Below are positions 50,288 to 64,000 of a DNA stretch of 64,000 nucleotides, in pieces (positions within the stretch are counted from its first letter, which is position 1; each line of letters begins with the position of its first letter). This DNA comes from Phoronis australis (lineage: Eukaryota; Animalia; Phoronida). Both the position numbers and the translations under genes were made by a program. The stretch is taken from contig NMRA01000013.1 in assembly GCA_002633005.1 (NCBI GenBank), positions 975,474 to 1,039,473 on the forward strand. The letters run 5' to 3'. Below the pieces are notes generated by a model that was given only the letters and a program-made list of their open reading frames with translations, made no database searches and was not told where the DNA came from.

Positions 50288-50889
50288 CTGAAATTTTCGA
50301 CATTTGTACAAATTACGTGTATACTGAATAGTACCAGGATGGTGTCTTTCTGATAGTGTAACATATCAGAATTGCACAACAAATTCACATAAATATTTAG
50401 AAAATACTGGCAGAAAATCTATTTCCTAACAAAAACATATGCTGTAATCTTTTGAGATGCACAAGACCTCGCAAAATCACGCGATTGAAAGAGTGAAAGG
50501 CTAGTTTTACTCGAGTACGCTCTAGACCATATTTGCATAACCTAGCAAAATAGCGAACACGAAAGTGATTTGTCGATAAGCCTGAAATGCTGAATTATGA
50601 GATTGAATTATGACATATGATTCACTCTGTTTGCGTACCATAAGCAAAGATAAACTGTCACGTAAAACCCACGAAAGCTCAAAATACCACCGCACGCCTT
50701 AACAAAGACACGTTTGAGTATTTCTAGTACATCAAAAAGTTCATTTCTTAAATTAAGAAAAATTCAACAAAAGATGTCCCTGTTGTCTTGATATTAAAGT
50801 AACATATTTTCAACGTGACTGTTTTTCACACAACGTTTCCATCTCATTCATTTTCAGTCACTTCAATAAAATGCAAGTCTTTAATTTAC

Positions 50890-51111
50890 CTGTATGGCGG
50901 TGGGGGTTGTTCATTGTCATCGCAGGGTGGCGCTGATGGAATGAGTCGCTCCCGCTGCTCCTTCAGGCACTGGTTACCTTCCGATTCTTCGTACGATGGT
51001 GGAACGGAGGGAACCAGGCAAGTGGTAATGTAAACCCCCGGCTCAACTTCAGTTTTGATCGCGTCGAGAGGTTCTGCTCTGTTCATGACGATGGAGCTAC
51101 GAGCAGAATAG
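50890..51111 (-). CDS. Uncharacterised PPxY/PSAP membrane protein, exon with (YSARSSIV)MNRAEP...PPSY...PSAPP...PPPPY
   Basis: Strong acceptor tttttttcag and donor ag/gtaaat; open frame; candidate ATG at 51086; upstream exon not identified. Confidence 0.85.
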
Positions 51112-54100
51112 CTGAAAAAAAAAACAAAATTATCTCAAGTTACTTTGATTTTTTTCAATTCGAATGGAGAATGTAGAACTATGTAAAAAAATTCAAAATC
51201 CCTGTGTTCAAATTGGAGAATTGCTATTGCGTTCCGCACATTATCGAAGACATTAAAAATGTAAATTGATGCTAAGCATTGTATTAGCCATGGGCATTGA
51301 ACACACGGGATAGTCAGATATCATACGTTTATTCACAACTAAATTGACGTTGAATACGTACTGTCCGACAAGGCCGGTTTCACTGAAACAAATATAATGG
51401 TATAATAAGTTTTGGGAAATACGTTCACGTTACAATACAATAAAGATGCAAGGTAATATAGCATGTCTCAATACGAGAAACGGCCAGTGAACTCTGCAGT
51501 AGTATGAGAAAAATAGTATAAACTTACAATGATATAGGCTCTAGTTTCCATGAAAAAATTGTTAGCGTTGTAAGCGTTACTGGTACAGCGGTACATGTCA
51601 AGAAGGCCGGATAGTACCGGAACGTCGATTATATAAAAAGCTTGAGCCTGACTACACGTGTAACATTACGCAACCTTACGCACACCAAAATAAAATAGTG
51701 CATCAACAAGCATTTTACAACTAAAGGCGACACCAAGAACCAAACTGAGTTGTTGGATTATTTTTGCAACCAGATAATCCACAGAAAACTTGATTTATTC
51801 CAGTTCGAAGTCGACTTCCTGGCTTTCTGTAGCCTTTCTTACGGCGAGTGCCATTTTAAAAATAGCTTCATTAAATACGTATGTAACACGTTTTTTCTGT
51901 ATAAAAATTGGCACACAAAGAATCGTTATCTTCTCTGTCACTTACGTAAAACATCTAATGATCACAGACGAAAGATAACAAAATTTTCAAGTCATTTCAA
52001 AATTCCAACCACATGCACCGAGGTATGTAAAATATGATATTCAAAGGTTTGATCAAATGACAGCCCGTTTCTGGCCGACCACTAGTAAACTTAACAAGTC
52101 GTAACTAAATTATGCCTATTCTCTTAAAAATATAATACACAACAAATGACATACCTAAAGATGTTTCGTCTAATTTGCTTAAAACCGTTTATTTAGTTTT
52201 TAATGAAAAAAGTGAGGACAGTGATTTTCAAAAAGACATACTCGGTTAAAAGGACGTAAAACGTATTAAAAGACGTGAGACGTATTTTTGGGGTTATTGT
52301 TAGATAGGATAGATTTCTTGAAGTTATTAGCTTTTTGACAGTAGCTATGAAAGAACAAAATCCGCTACGCTCTTGAAATTTTATTGCAAATCGTCAATTC
52401 TTGTCGTAAACTGAAGTCGAGACCGGGAACTTTATCATTTTCGCTGAAATACCGTTTAAAATACTCGATTGCATGCAGGTTGGAGTACATTTCTGGTAGC
52501 AAAGGGTCGGACTGCAATCACCGAGGTCGTGTGTTGGAATACTTGTTTTAACTAGTGCAGATAAAAACCAAATTTTTCGCCAAACGGGTCAATTTAAAGG
52601 CCACTAGTTGAAGTTATTCCCACATGCAAAGCCATTTTATGAACGCATATGGTACGAACATGCTTAGCCGTAATGTGGAAATCGATTTATTAAAAGGTTT
52701 AAATATTAATCGTTCAGGAATAGATTTTTTTCACGGTGTATGGATCATTTCGATGTTTGTGGAGAATCCAGGAATGCGTGTCTTGCATGTGCACCGCAGG
52801 CTTGGTGTAGCTGGTTCGGGATTAGGTTTTAGACCTTTCGAGTGCAGTAGCAGGAATTTAATTTTAAAACATGGTCGAGACCTATGTCTCGATGAGATAT
52901 AAAATATAACATGGAGCATGACTATATGGTATTAAAGACTTCTTTTTGTTTGTTAAAGATGCAGACTGAAAAGCGATATACATAGTTATGGTTCAATGTG
53001 CACTTTAAATGCTTTAGTCATCAAATGGTGTAGGGAATTCCCACATCAAAATTCATTTTGTATATGACTCATGCGTATTGGTAAAGACCAAACTTGTATC
53101 GTACAAATGTTTTACTATTAAACACGAGACCTTCGTACTTTCTACGTGTACCTCGGATCGAATACACTCTGCTTTGTTTTCACCAATTTAGAACAAAACA
53201 TGTTGGAAACTCATTAACCGAACGTCATAACATAAAATACGAGCATTTCGTAAGTTGTAGCCAACCCGCACGTGCAACGTTAGCACGTGCTTACCGTTTC
53301 ATTTCTCGTAGTTCATGAAAATGAATTTCGTTTTAATTTAATTTCTTCTGCAGTTTAATAGTGGTGAACCACCAACATCCTGTTAACTTAAAGAAGTTTG
53401 AAAGAACTTTGGAAAGAGCTTACGTTTGTCTACAACTTTTTTGCGTTTTTCGAGACGGAAAATTATTCTTGGAACCAACCATACTGAATGTTTTGCCCAT
53501 TTAAAAATTTAAAAACTCTCTCAACGTGGACGTAAATTCGTTTCACTGAGCGGTAAGCACGATTCAAAGTTCATCTTTTCAGATTTTGCACAAAACAAAG
53601 TTTCGTGCAAAGCTTAACCGACCCCAAATAACGCAATAAATGGGTAGTCGTTTTTCTAATCGCACTATATTTAACAAGCAACTTATATTATAGTTATCAC
53701 ATCCCACTTCCCAATGTTTTGGTCAAATACCGACCTAGTTCTAGANTTTATGAATTTAAAAAATTAATAGTAAAATAACGAGAGTATGTACATGGCTGTA
53801 ATTTACGAAAAGAGTTAATTTTAGTGATATCTTTCGATTGGCAAAGCTAAATTTGTGATCTAAGCAGGCGAAAGTAAAGGAAATAGTGACTTTAACCATA
53901 TAGAATGTTGTGTCAGTCTATGATCGCAACGGTAGTAATCTTCAACCTGCGACACTTTGTGCGAACCTTTAAAGCATAAATTGATGCAATTTCCCTGCCT
54001 CAACTGTGGTCTGTGAAATTTTTCCTGACTAACATAGCCTTCGGACTATAACAGTTTACTTAGATCGTCGCCACAAAAACTGACACATTACTGAAGTCAA

Positions 54101-56155
54101 CCTGGAATAGTAACCGTATGATATCACATATAGACAGCAATACGACTACTGCATCCTTTTTTGCTGTGTTATACCAAATGTCACTTCAATGTAATCATAC
54201 GGTTGTCATCTACGCCAGCATCCGCAATATTTCCACCAGACTCACATCATTCTAGATACCTTGAATCCTGCCGCAATTTGAGTGTGGCGATTATATGTGC
54301 AACTCCACAATGTGTTCAGAGAAGGTCTTCCTAAACTGTCGCGATTTGAGGATTGCCCATGTGTCTGCCGTTGCGAAAACTCGATCATGTATGGCGACAG
54401 TTTTTGCCCCGGGTGTGCACAACTTACGCCTATTCGACAGTATCCATCAAATTCCGGCTACGTGAAATGTAGCCTTCTATCGCGAACTTAGAAAACAAAA
54501 GATGACCACCAAACCATGACCGCCATTTCATATCGTACTTTCTAACGTTTATTATGTTTCGCCTACCAAGTAAACACATAGCGTTTCGGAAATCCCCAAG
54601 TGATGAAAAACAAAAAAAAATCTTATCAGCAATCGGGAAGTAAAATTCATATGTAAGCAGATTGTGCCAAAACTAGTCTCTATGACATAATCGGCGTTCA
54701 GCCCCAGCGCGGAACAGAGAACTGCTCTGCTGGCTGACGTAACTTTCACTCGCGTTTTACGTGAGAGTATTTCAAACCTAAAACTGCAAAGGTGGATCTG
54801 GGGAAGTCAAGAGGCTTCGAAACACCTCTGTTTCCCTTTTCCTGGGAGGGAGTCACAACCGCTAGGAGTGGGAGGCTGCGCTACAGAGGCGCAGCAACCC
54901 AGAGACAACAGACAAGAGGGCAAACATCGAAGGCTATGATTCCGGGTGCAGTACTTGATTTCCGACTGCAGAGTTTCGAGTCCGGTCAGCGAGGGACGCC
55001 CACAGTGCTGTCCTGACTACTAGATTTTGCACATCAGCAGTGTCTAGAACATTTAACCCAATCTCAAAAATGTTCCGGTGCCTTGCAGCCTTACGGCTCT
55101 CCAAGAAATGCAATCGAAATAATTACTGACTATCATTCATCGGTTTTCTATCAGAGATAAAACGTGGTTTTGAAATTAGTTTGGAAAAACATTTTAACAT
55201 TGCCAATTCATTTTTAAAATCGGTTAATTTTCATTTCATCTCTTGACTCTACATGCCAATTCCCACACAATGTTATTCCTTTCAGGAAAACCCTGACCTA
55301 AACTATACCGTTGAAGTTACACCATTCATTGAATTCATGTATAATGCGTGCTGCCTCCAACCTTGTAAGCAATGTATTTTTCGCTTTATGCAAATTTGAA
55401 TTTGTAAATCCGTCAACGCTGAATTTCATGGTGGTTGCCATGTACAATGAAGTAGGAATATTAAGCAATATTCTTTGTTGTGTGTCATTTTGAAGTAATT
55501 TATTAGAGCAACTAATAATTTTACTTACGAAGCACTTTTTTGTCGGAGCAGCGTCATCTGTCGTTGTTGATGACTTGTCGTTTTATGACCTCAGTGTTCT
55601 CGTGCGTGGCTTTATTAACAAACAGGGTAAATTCCCCAATCAAAGCGCTTTCGATTTGAACTCAGGTCTAAGTCTCATGTACATTCTATCGCAGTGTCAT
55701 TTGCCGGAAGAATAAATTTGAAGACACAGGCAATACTTATTGACAAGACACGGGACATTCTATATCAGGATTGCGACATTCCAGGCAATAGTGTCTATGT
55801 TTCGAGAGTTCGGTTTCTTGAAGCTCGCATTGCAAACCAATAAAATGATTTAATTCCAATTTTTGATTCACTTAGCTGTCAAAGATACCCAGCCTTTTTA
55901 CTTTCAAATCGTAAGGGCGTTCTCAATGAAATATTTTTCTCACCAACAGATTGCTTTTACGAACCACAATCCTTTTCTCATGAACACCGTTATCTTCTTA
56001 GTTGAAAACTAGAGCACAAGGATGAATAACGGATTATTAGAGAACAACTATGATTAAGCATCGCAACGCATTATGTAACTTTGCGCTGCGTTGTCGTAAA
56101 AAGCACATTGTCGGTCTTTAAAGGGTAACATAAAAATATCAACTGGCTTGACCTC

Positions 56156-56210
56156 TATAATATAATACAATATGATGCAATACAATATAATATGATATAA
56201 TTTAATATAT
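56156..56210. repeat. Degenerate pentanucleotide microsatellite (AATAT/AATAC)
   Basis: tataatataatacaatatgatgcaatacaatataatatgatataat. Confidence 0.7.
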
Positions 56211-59200
56211 TTTTGGTGTAGTAATCAAAATGAAACTCCCGGGTGAGAGTACGGAAAGAAGACGAACGTCGAAACGATGTCATGTTACCGCTGGAAAGAC
56301 TAAAAAAAATGTAAACAACTATAGCTATGGGAATTCACTGGCTGATCCAGAATAGGAGCCAGTGGATACGAACAGCAGTTCCATAATTTCTGCTTTGATG
56401 GAAAGGAAGAATGTAAGTCAAACTCTCTCCACTGAGTAAATATCCTAGGTAACCACGTGGGGTTATGATGCTTGTCATAAATTTCTCTTGAAGATGTCTG
56501 ACCTTGGGCAGGCATTTGATATTAGCATAGTTTCATTGAGCACACTTACGGCTTGACTCTAGGTTTTTCCAGTCTGATCGCCGGCGTTTTTTTGTTTGCC
56601 ACACCTTTGCCTTCACGGGTCAGATGTCACAACTCGCCGGATAGATTGACAAGTGTACGGTTAAGTTGGTGGTTATGACAGTCGCGTGAACTATTGTTTA
56701 GTTTGTAAGTCAGCAATAGCGTGTAATGTGGGCCAATGGCCTTATTACACTAAAACGTTGATTGATTTATTGATTGATTGGTTAGATTATCTGTCCAAGT
56801 GACCACATGTTCTATTTTCAGACAAAATATGACATCATCTTGTAATTTGAACTTTTACTGTAACTTCATCGAATTTTTGAAAGCTATCGGCCCACAGTTC
56901 ACAATAGCATAGATTATAAACTTCATGGTACAGAGCCACTTAAGATTAAACATTTCGCTTTTTGTCATTGTTTGGAAATATCATGAAATGTTTTAAAAAC
57001 ATTTACTGAAGTCGTAGACATTTTGTTTTAGGTCACCAAAAATAAAAAGTATAGCTAAGAAGCGGATTGGTAAGAGGAATAAGACTTAACAATGGATTTT
57101 CTCGTACCTTCCTCTGAATGGTAGAGTTCTGATGTGGTTTGCTTATTAACAAACAATGTGTGTTAGAAATCAGAATAAACATTTATTTTATTGGTCATTG
57201 TTATGAAACTTTATCTGTCTTCAGCCAACCTCACTGTAGTACATTAAACGTTCGTAGGTTTTTGAGCTACCAAAAAATTGCAAAACGATTACGAAAAGTA
57301 AAGCCCCGCACGAATCTCGAATGTTGCTGTTACACAAAATCACGTGACACTCGAAACTGAAATTTGAAATTTATCAGTACCTACAGTCGCCGCCACACCG
57401 TGTTGTATCAGTGATGTATTGTTGCCAAACGGTTACCAAAATTTGAACATCATGAAAAAGACCTTAGCAAGCAAACCACATCTCGATGCCTTCGTTGAAA
57501 TCATAAATACAAGAACTTATAAGCGCACGCACGGACGCCGCACGCACACAGAGTGTGTACAGTCACCACCAATTTCACACCGATCCTTACACCCCTGTCG
57601 TCACCAGTCTCCCGCCATCCGTACCGGTTGTCATCATTCACGCAGCCTGTTGAGGGCCACCGACTACCATTACATTATAGCGTGTGTAAACAATTTTACA
57701 GCTGTTATCTTGTGTTTGCAGTAAATTTACCTTATCAACGATGATCAATTATTACTTGACTATTTACGAAAACACTTGTTTGTCTTGAACACTCGTCCTG
57801 TAAAGGTACAGTGCCGGGTTCACTGGAGATTTCTAAAAGAGCCCCCACCACCATAGCACCCCCATGGGGACTCCTTCGGAAACAAGGAGCGAAAAAGCAC
57901 CATGGGGACTATTTTTTAATTTCTGGAACGTGGAAAAGGTATGGAAAATGTCACACAATGTCACAATGGTCTGTTGAAACAGTTTAAATTCATTTATGCC
58001 TTGTCAACGGAGGCGTTCTCGGACTACTCTTACTGCAGCCAAATTGCAGATGAAGTGAGTCGTTACGAGACCACGACGTGTGTTTGTTGGACTCCCCGTG
58101 ACGTATGAGTACAGGTTCCACCTTTGACTAAAAAGTCAGAAAACTAGCGATTGACAAATCACGAACTACCTGTCTCAATGACTTATCAACGAATTTTACA
58201 TCGAATCGACCAAAACGTCAATATCGAGAACAGTCAGTAGTCTCTTACCCGACTTATGTCTAAATTTTTCTAAATCCGGAATATCGTAACACAGAAATGG
58301 CCGATTCATATGAGACTTCCAGATCCTAAACTTTAAACTCAGTCCTCTTAAACTTTTTACGAAATGCTTTCAAAATGCTCCACTGTTGCACGAGGGTCTA
58401 TATATAAAGAATGAGACTTTTGTTAAATTCATAAAAAGCTGAAATGTTGCACAAAGCGAAAACGAAATTCTAACTTAGAAAACTGTGGCAACGCTTGGAG
58501 ACTTCTTCTTGAACATCACGTAAGTGCTAAAAATAGTGACGGCTGGAATACTGCTCTGAAATTTATGGCACCACGTTTAACCGCCCGCATAATGTAAGCC
58601 GAGCAAGAAGTATAGTACACTCCTTGGAGGAAGTAGAGATCGCTTCAAGAACGCCGGCTTCCTTTGAAATTTTATAAGCGTTAAGTGCATTTGCACTTAA
58701 CACTCGTACTATTGTTTGTCCGTTTATTTGGGGGATAGGCAGCCAAGTATCTCGTATGCGTAAATATCGAAACCAAGAGATCCTCTTCGGTCGAATTTTG
58801 CTGACACATGCAACTTCGCCTGAATGTAAATAGAAATTACGTAGTATTGGAAGGTCTATACACACTGACATTTTGTGCAGTGCATAATTTGCTGAAATAA
58901 AAACGACTCCCATAATCGGCTGACCAGTATTACCAGAAAAATAGTGTGAGCAAATTTATTCATGTCGATCACACTCATACAAAAAATGTGACCTGTCGGG
59001 AGCGTACAAACAAGTAAGAAGCAAACTTCACCACAAAGCGACATGAAATTCGTCAAATGACTATTGTAAAGATCTCCCACTGCTAGGCAATGGGTACACT
59101 TGACTTCGCTGGTTTCGCCGTGTAAACGACCAGGGCTTAGGCATATGACTGGTTTCTATAAGGAAGTCTAGCGCTTAAAACAATCAGGTGTCTTAGGCTG

Positions 59201-62200
59201 TTGACCCTACGGGACCGGCAAAATCAGTCAACAGCAGCCGATGACCGGAGCAGCATTTGATTTGAAAGTCCTGTGGTCTTGAGCATCGTCTCGACTCCTA
59301 ACTTCAGTGATGCAAGTCAAGTGTCCTGCGAACATTTTGCGCCATCTTCCGATTAAGTTGAGAACCAACCAGTATATAAATTTAAATATAATGCAACATG
59401 GGCTATCAGATGGTTATCAAAAGAGCAAGAGGAAAAGTAAGAATGGAAATTTCACCACCGAAGACTTCTCTTTAGTAGTCGCGGACACAGGTATCGGTAA
59501 TATCTGAGAATGAGCCACAGAAACGGAAATTTAAATGAAAATTTCCATTTTATACCACAAAGTATCCTCCGGTGCGTAGTGCCATACACGCAATCTGCAC
59601 GTGCGTCGTACAAAAAAACAGAAAAAAGTAAAAAGATGGTTTTTAATTGAAAGCTCATTTTTCAAAATCTTTCTGTGAACTTTTGAAAAGACTGAAAACT
59701 CGCCCTTCTGTGAAACACAATCGGTTGTCATCACAACACTCATACACAATCCATTCATAAGGACGACAAAAGCTTTGTTTTAGTTGAGGCAGACTTCGTT
59801 AATAAAAATAAAACTCACATTATGAAAGTTGTACTTCTCCTTTGCATCGTTTTTGAAAGTTTGTCTCAAGGAGAGTTTGTAAAATACACAGTCAGTTTCG
59901 GCCTATTTTTGAAACGTTTGGAATTGAAGCTGCATTGCGCCCTGTTAAGCGGAAGCGAAATCGTTGAAGGCCTTTCATTTTAATAAATTTGGTCGATTAG
60001 TACTCCTTACCTTGACAGGATTCTATTTCTGTTGCCAAGTCAAGTTACAGGCATTACCACGCGCCATTTAGTGTTGATCAACCGCATTAAATTCTGAAGG
60101 ATTTTCTCAGTTGGGACGCTTATGGTTTTGAAGTTCTGTTTGGAAACGAAAACAAAAAAACAATTACAGATTTTACGAGAGAACAAAGCATAATTCTATT
60201 TTCGTTTTAGCTGGCTAAATAGGGCGAAATGTAATTTTAAGTACGCTGTTAATCACACGTGTTCATGTGATTTCACAGACATAACAGTGAACCAAACTTA
60301 ATCTGACAAAAAACCTTTGCAACATGGTAATTGTGCGTAGCAGACAAACATTGCTAGCGTAGCTTACACTGTATGCCCCTGGCTTACGTTCGAAAAGACT
60401 AGGGTAAAGAAAAACAACCCATAAGACAAGTTATCGACGAAGATCTACAGCAATGGTTGAATCTAGCAAAAATATAAACCGGAAATTCACTTCGAGATTT
60501 CAACCTCTCACATAACATCAAATACATGTTGCCGTGCTGTCCATTTTCAGAAACTGTGCTAACGACTAAAATCGACAATTCTGTCAGCTCATTATGGTGG
60601 AAAAGGTTACTGAATGTAGACACATGGGCGTGCGTTTGAGTTGATCTGTTTTGAAAATTGTCCGGTAGGTGTCATGAAATTGAAGTCTTACTGCCATCTC
60701 CCGTACCAACTGGCGCATTTCAGACGCGGTAAGCAAACCAGGTGCGGCATTTTCAAACAAAAACACATACATTATCTTCTAATATCTCACAACAAAAGGA
60801 ATGATGCATAGTTGTTGGTTCCCCTTCTCCTTAACTGCTCCCTCTGCCAAATTATTTTTTAACGGAGTCACGATATACCGTCGATTTTCCGGACATGTTG
60901 TTTGATAGTATTAGCTGAGCTGACTCGTGGACGAGAACCGTTTCGCCACCTGGTGACTGCTGATCACGACTCGCGGAACTCAATGGTGCTATAAAACTAG
61001 ACCCTAAATATAAAATAATTACCAATGATCATTTCTGTTGTTTCTGGGTAACGTAATTTACCTTACCAATATTTACAAGCTACTCTTCATAATAGGATTA
61101 AGATTATGTGCGCTTTCAATATAGTTCAGTGAACGAATCGAAAAATCGATAAATGCGACTAAGATAAATGAAGGTAGTATTAGCATTAGGAGTTGAGCCA
61201 TAACAATCGTGTGTTGTCGTACAGTGAGAAAAAACAAAAGAATCGAACCACAGTTTGACGATCAATGTAGTCTCGGGGATGTGTGTCAGAGATACTATGA
61301 AGATTTGCACTGAACGCTGGGTAAAATTACATACTCGGCTCATAAAAAATCATTGTTTAAAGACCCGAGCGAGGCAAATTAGGTCAGCCTGAAATCGCAA
61401 ATTTCAAACTGGAATAAGCCAAGTTAACGGCAGCGAATGGTCGCAATCAAGGAACTCCCGATTCGGCCCCAGTGTTTAAGCCTGTGTTAGTTGGAACTCT
61501 TAAGTGGCAACATAAAAAAAGAACGTGCCTTACACTTGTTCACGTATTATTATAAACAATGGTGTGTATGAACGACATGTGAATGAAACATCTGATTTGA
61601 AAGGAAGTTTTCGTTTGATTATTTGTAATGGCATTTGGTGTTTTGTTAAGGAAATCTAAATAAAAACAAAAAAGCAAACTTGATAGCTTCCAATCCACTC
61701 GGGTAATTTCGTAGCCTCAAGCCACGAAAATACCCGAGTGGTTAATTTCGTATTCTATAGACTCTAAACCAACAAGTATTTTATTCCCATTCTCATAGCT
61801 TAGAAAAAATGAAGGCGTGCAGGTGAAATGAAATGATTGTACATGCAGTCAAGTGGCTTTGCAATGTATGTCTCTCCATATGGCGGTTAATTAATGGATC
61901 AAACCAGTGATGTCATCCAATACACAAGGTGTCTAGTCATCTTGACGCAATTGCTCTCGCGCATCAACTGAATTTGACTTTCCATGAAAACATTATCGCA
62001 AGGTCAGCAAGAGGTACGCGGGTGCCATCGGATGATCATTTTCTTAATCAGAAGATGTTACATTTCTCGAAACGTCAGTCGCATTAAAGGCGTGCTAAAC
62101 CCAGGGTTTCAGGCATGACCATTTAAATAGTCTGCATTTGTTTCTACTCAGATTAGAATGATTTTAGGCTTCAGCTACAAGAACTAACTGTTTGTTATTG

Positions 62201-64000
62201 CCTCGGAAGTCGCCCATCGAGTATCTTATCTCGTTTCAATCGTCAACGCAGTACTGTTATCAAGGGAATACCGGGCGTTTATTAGTAATCAAGTTCAGTT
62301 CAATTTAAATAACGGCTTAACAGGCAAAGGCGTTTCATGGAAGAGAAAAATACACCTGCATGTGAAGAAAATTGATGTTTTTAACTGCAGAGCATGCATC
62401 ACAGCGGCGTTTATAATCACGTGCAGGGTGAGATGGCGGTTAAAATGTTACCGCTGTGACTGCGAACTATAATTTCATCGAGTAACGACCAGTACCTGGT
62501 CGAGCATATGCGGGTTTGCTTATGTATTCTGAAACAATAATTACCCTAGAGCATGGGTGGCATCAGTGGATTTGCCTGAAGCTCATTCCGGTGTAGACAC
62601 TCGGACGTAAAGCAAAACCATGCACGATCACAAAACTCACGTCAGTGAAAGTCTTTTTTTCGTGAGTACGCTGACGGGGCTTTACTCTCGCACACTAGCA
62701 AATTGGACACTAAAATGATCGGTCGGCGAGGCTGGAGTGTTGAATTATGGGACAGATTTTTAACTGTTTTCCCTCTATAAGCCAAAACACAACTTCTATC
62801 CGCACGTGCCCCTCGAGTGTCTTGCGTTTGAGGAACACACCCAAGAGTTAATGCTTCAAAAGGCCATGGGAATGTCTATAGTCCACTTACGGGTGATTAA
62901 GAAAGAAGGTTATTTCAGTTAAGGGCCCTAGACTCGAAAATGTCCAAATTGGGGTGTTTTCAGAACATAATTTCTCTAAACCGGCTGATCGGATTCATAT
63001 GAAACTGTTACATACTATGCTTTATGTACTCTTCTGCAAAACGCTGTTAGAACTTGTACTTAAAATGTTTAATTTTTGAAGTAGGAGCTATCAAAGGGGA
63101 CTTTATCAATTTTATGAAAAAAGCAAGTGTCACAAAGCAGGCTCATAACTGTTAGACTCTTTTCGAGATTTCATTTTGAACATTTATATCAAATAAAATT
63201 TGGCCATGTTATTGATAACATTGTTTTAGTAAAAGACATGATCGCACGACCCAATTAATGCCCCATTGTACTAAAAGTAAACATCAAAGGCTTTTTACTT
63301 TAAGAAAATATATATTTTTACACAATAAATTTCTACAATTTTGTAGATATTTGGCTACGTGTGTAGATGAAATAAATGGTCGACGATAACGTCTTGCATT
63401 TCATTGTGATTTTTTCAGTATTTATACCAAGGAGAGATTGGTAAGGAAAAGAGAAAAATGACTGAGGCAATTATTTTCGTGTGCGAAATAAGTAAGCATT
63501 ACCGCAAATACAAAGCTTACCAGTGAATAATAACAAATACTTATAACTACAAACAGTTTGAGTTTCTCTTATTCAGCGCCCGCCTGTCTTCGTCAGAAAA
63601 ACACGATTAAAGCCACGAGTTTTGTAAAAGATACAGGTACTCATGGAAATTCTTTCAAAAAGATCCTGCGAATAGACAACATGGCTCTCATGACATTCGC
63701 TCAAGTGTTTAGTGCAATGGGCCCGTCTATGTGGATTGCGTACATCTGATACATCGCAAAAGAAATCAAACCACGTGCACTCTTTTTCAGATTTGATTTC
63801 CATTAAAATTGGCCCAGCAAAGGGCTGGGCTCTGGGGTAGTTCTCAGTCAGGGACTCTATTCAACAGCAAGCGACCCGTATACACCGGCAGTTTCCTTCG
63901 GGTCTTGAACACCGACAGCCCAACTGATTATGAAGAGAACGGTTCGTACAACTTAGGTTGAATGTGAACATTTGCGGTTTGCTTGCTGTCGTCATTGTAT

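Noticed and set aside
51528-51640. Candidate first exon and TATA box of the PPxY/PSAP gene
   Set aside because: A gtaagt donor and TATATAA are present, but the ATGs would be out of frame with the next exon; unsupported without transcripts
59452-59658. Minus-strand ORF resembling a signal peptide (MSFQLKTIFLLFSVFLYDARA...)
   Set aside because: The hydrophobic stretch is just a T-rich tract; it may be an acceptor, but no partner exon or recognisable motif was found
52000-64000. Additional genes in the last 12 kb
   Set aside because: Several donor/acceptor-like sites were tested but none gave a phase-consistent chain or known motif; small or non-coding exons cannot be excluded

Overview
AT-rich animal (probably invertebrate bilaterian) genomic DNA with spliceosomal introns; the supplied ORF track is mostly noise. 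Positions 560-41849 (+) carry the 3' part of a voltage-gated calcium channel alpha-2/delta subunit gene (CACNA2D family): 29 exons per isoform, about 936 aa in this window, N-terminus upstream. All exon phases chain correctly through the dCache/RRR motif, VWA-MIDAS, the remaining Cache domains, the delta peptide and a GPI-type C-terminus. The most interesting feature is three tandem paralogous phase-0 exons (11244-11330, 12852-12938, 13068-13151) that look mutually exclusive and encode the segment supplying the Y-x-D residues of the amino-acid/gabapentinoid pocket. RBFOX- and QKI-type motifs and a possible long-range RNA pairing surround them. The gene also has a GT-AG U12-type intron (39817-40611). 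A convergent minus-strand gene (coding exons 49669-51111) encodes a protein of about 148 aa that I do not recognise, with PPSY, PSAP and PPPY motifs and a C-terminal hydrophobic anchor. Introns hold MITEs, a decayed L1/Tx1-like LINE end, an inverted element with hammerhead-like relics around a tRNA-like sequence, minisatellites and a probable assembly duplication at 8.1-9.4 kb. No gene could be supported in 52-64 kb.
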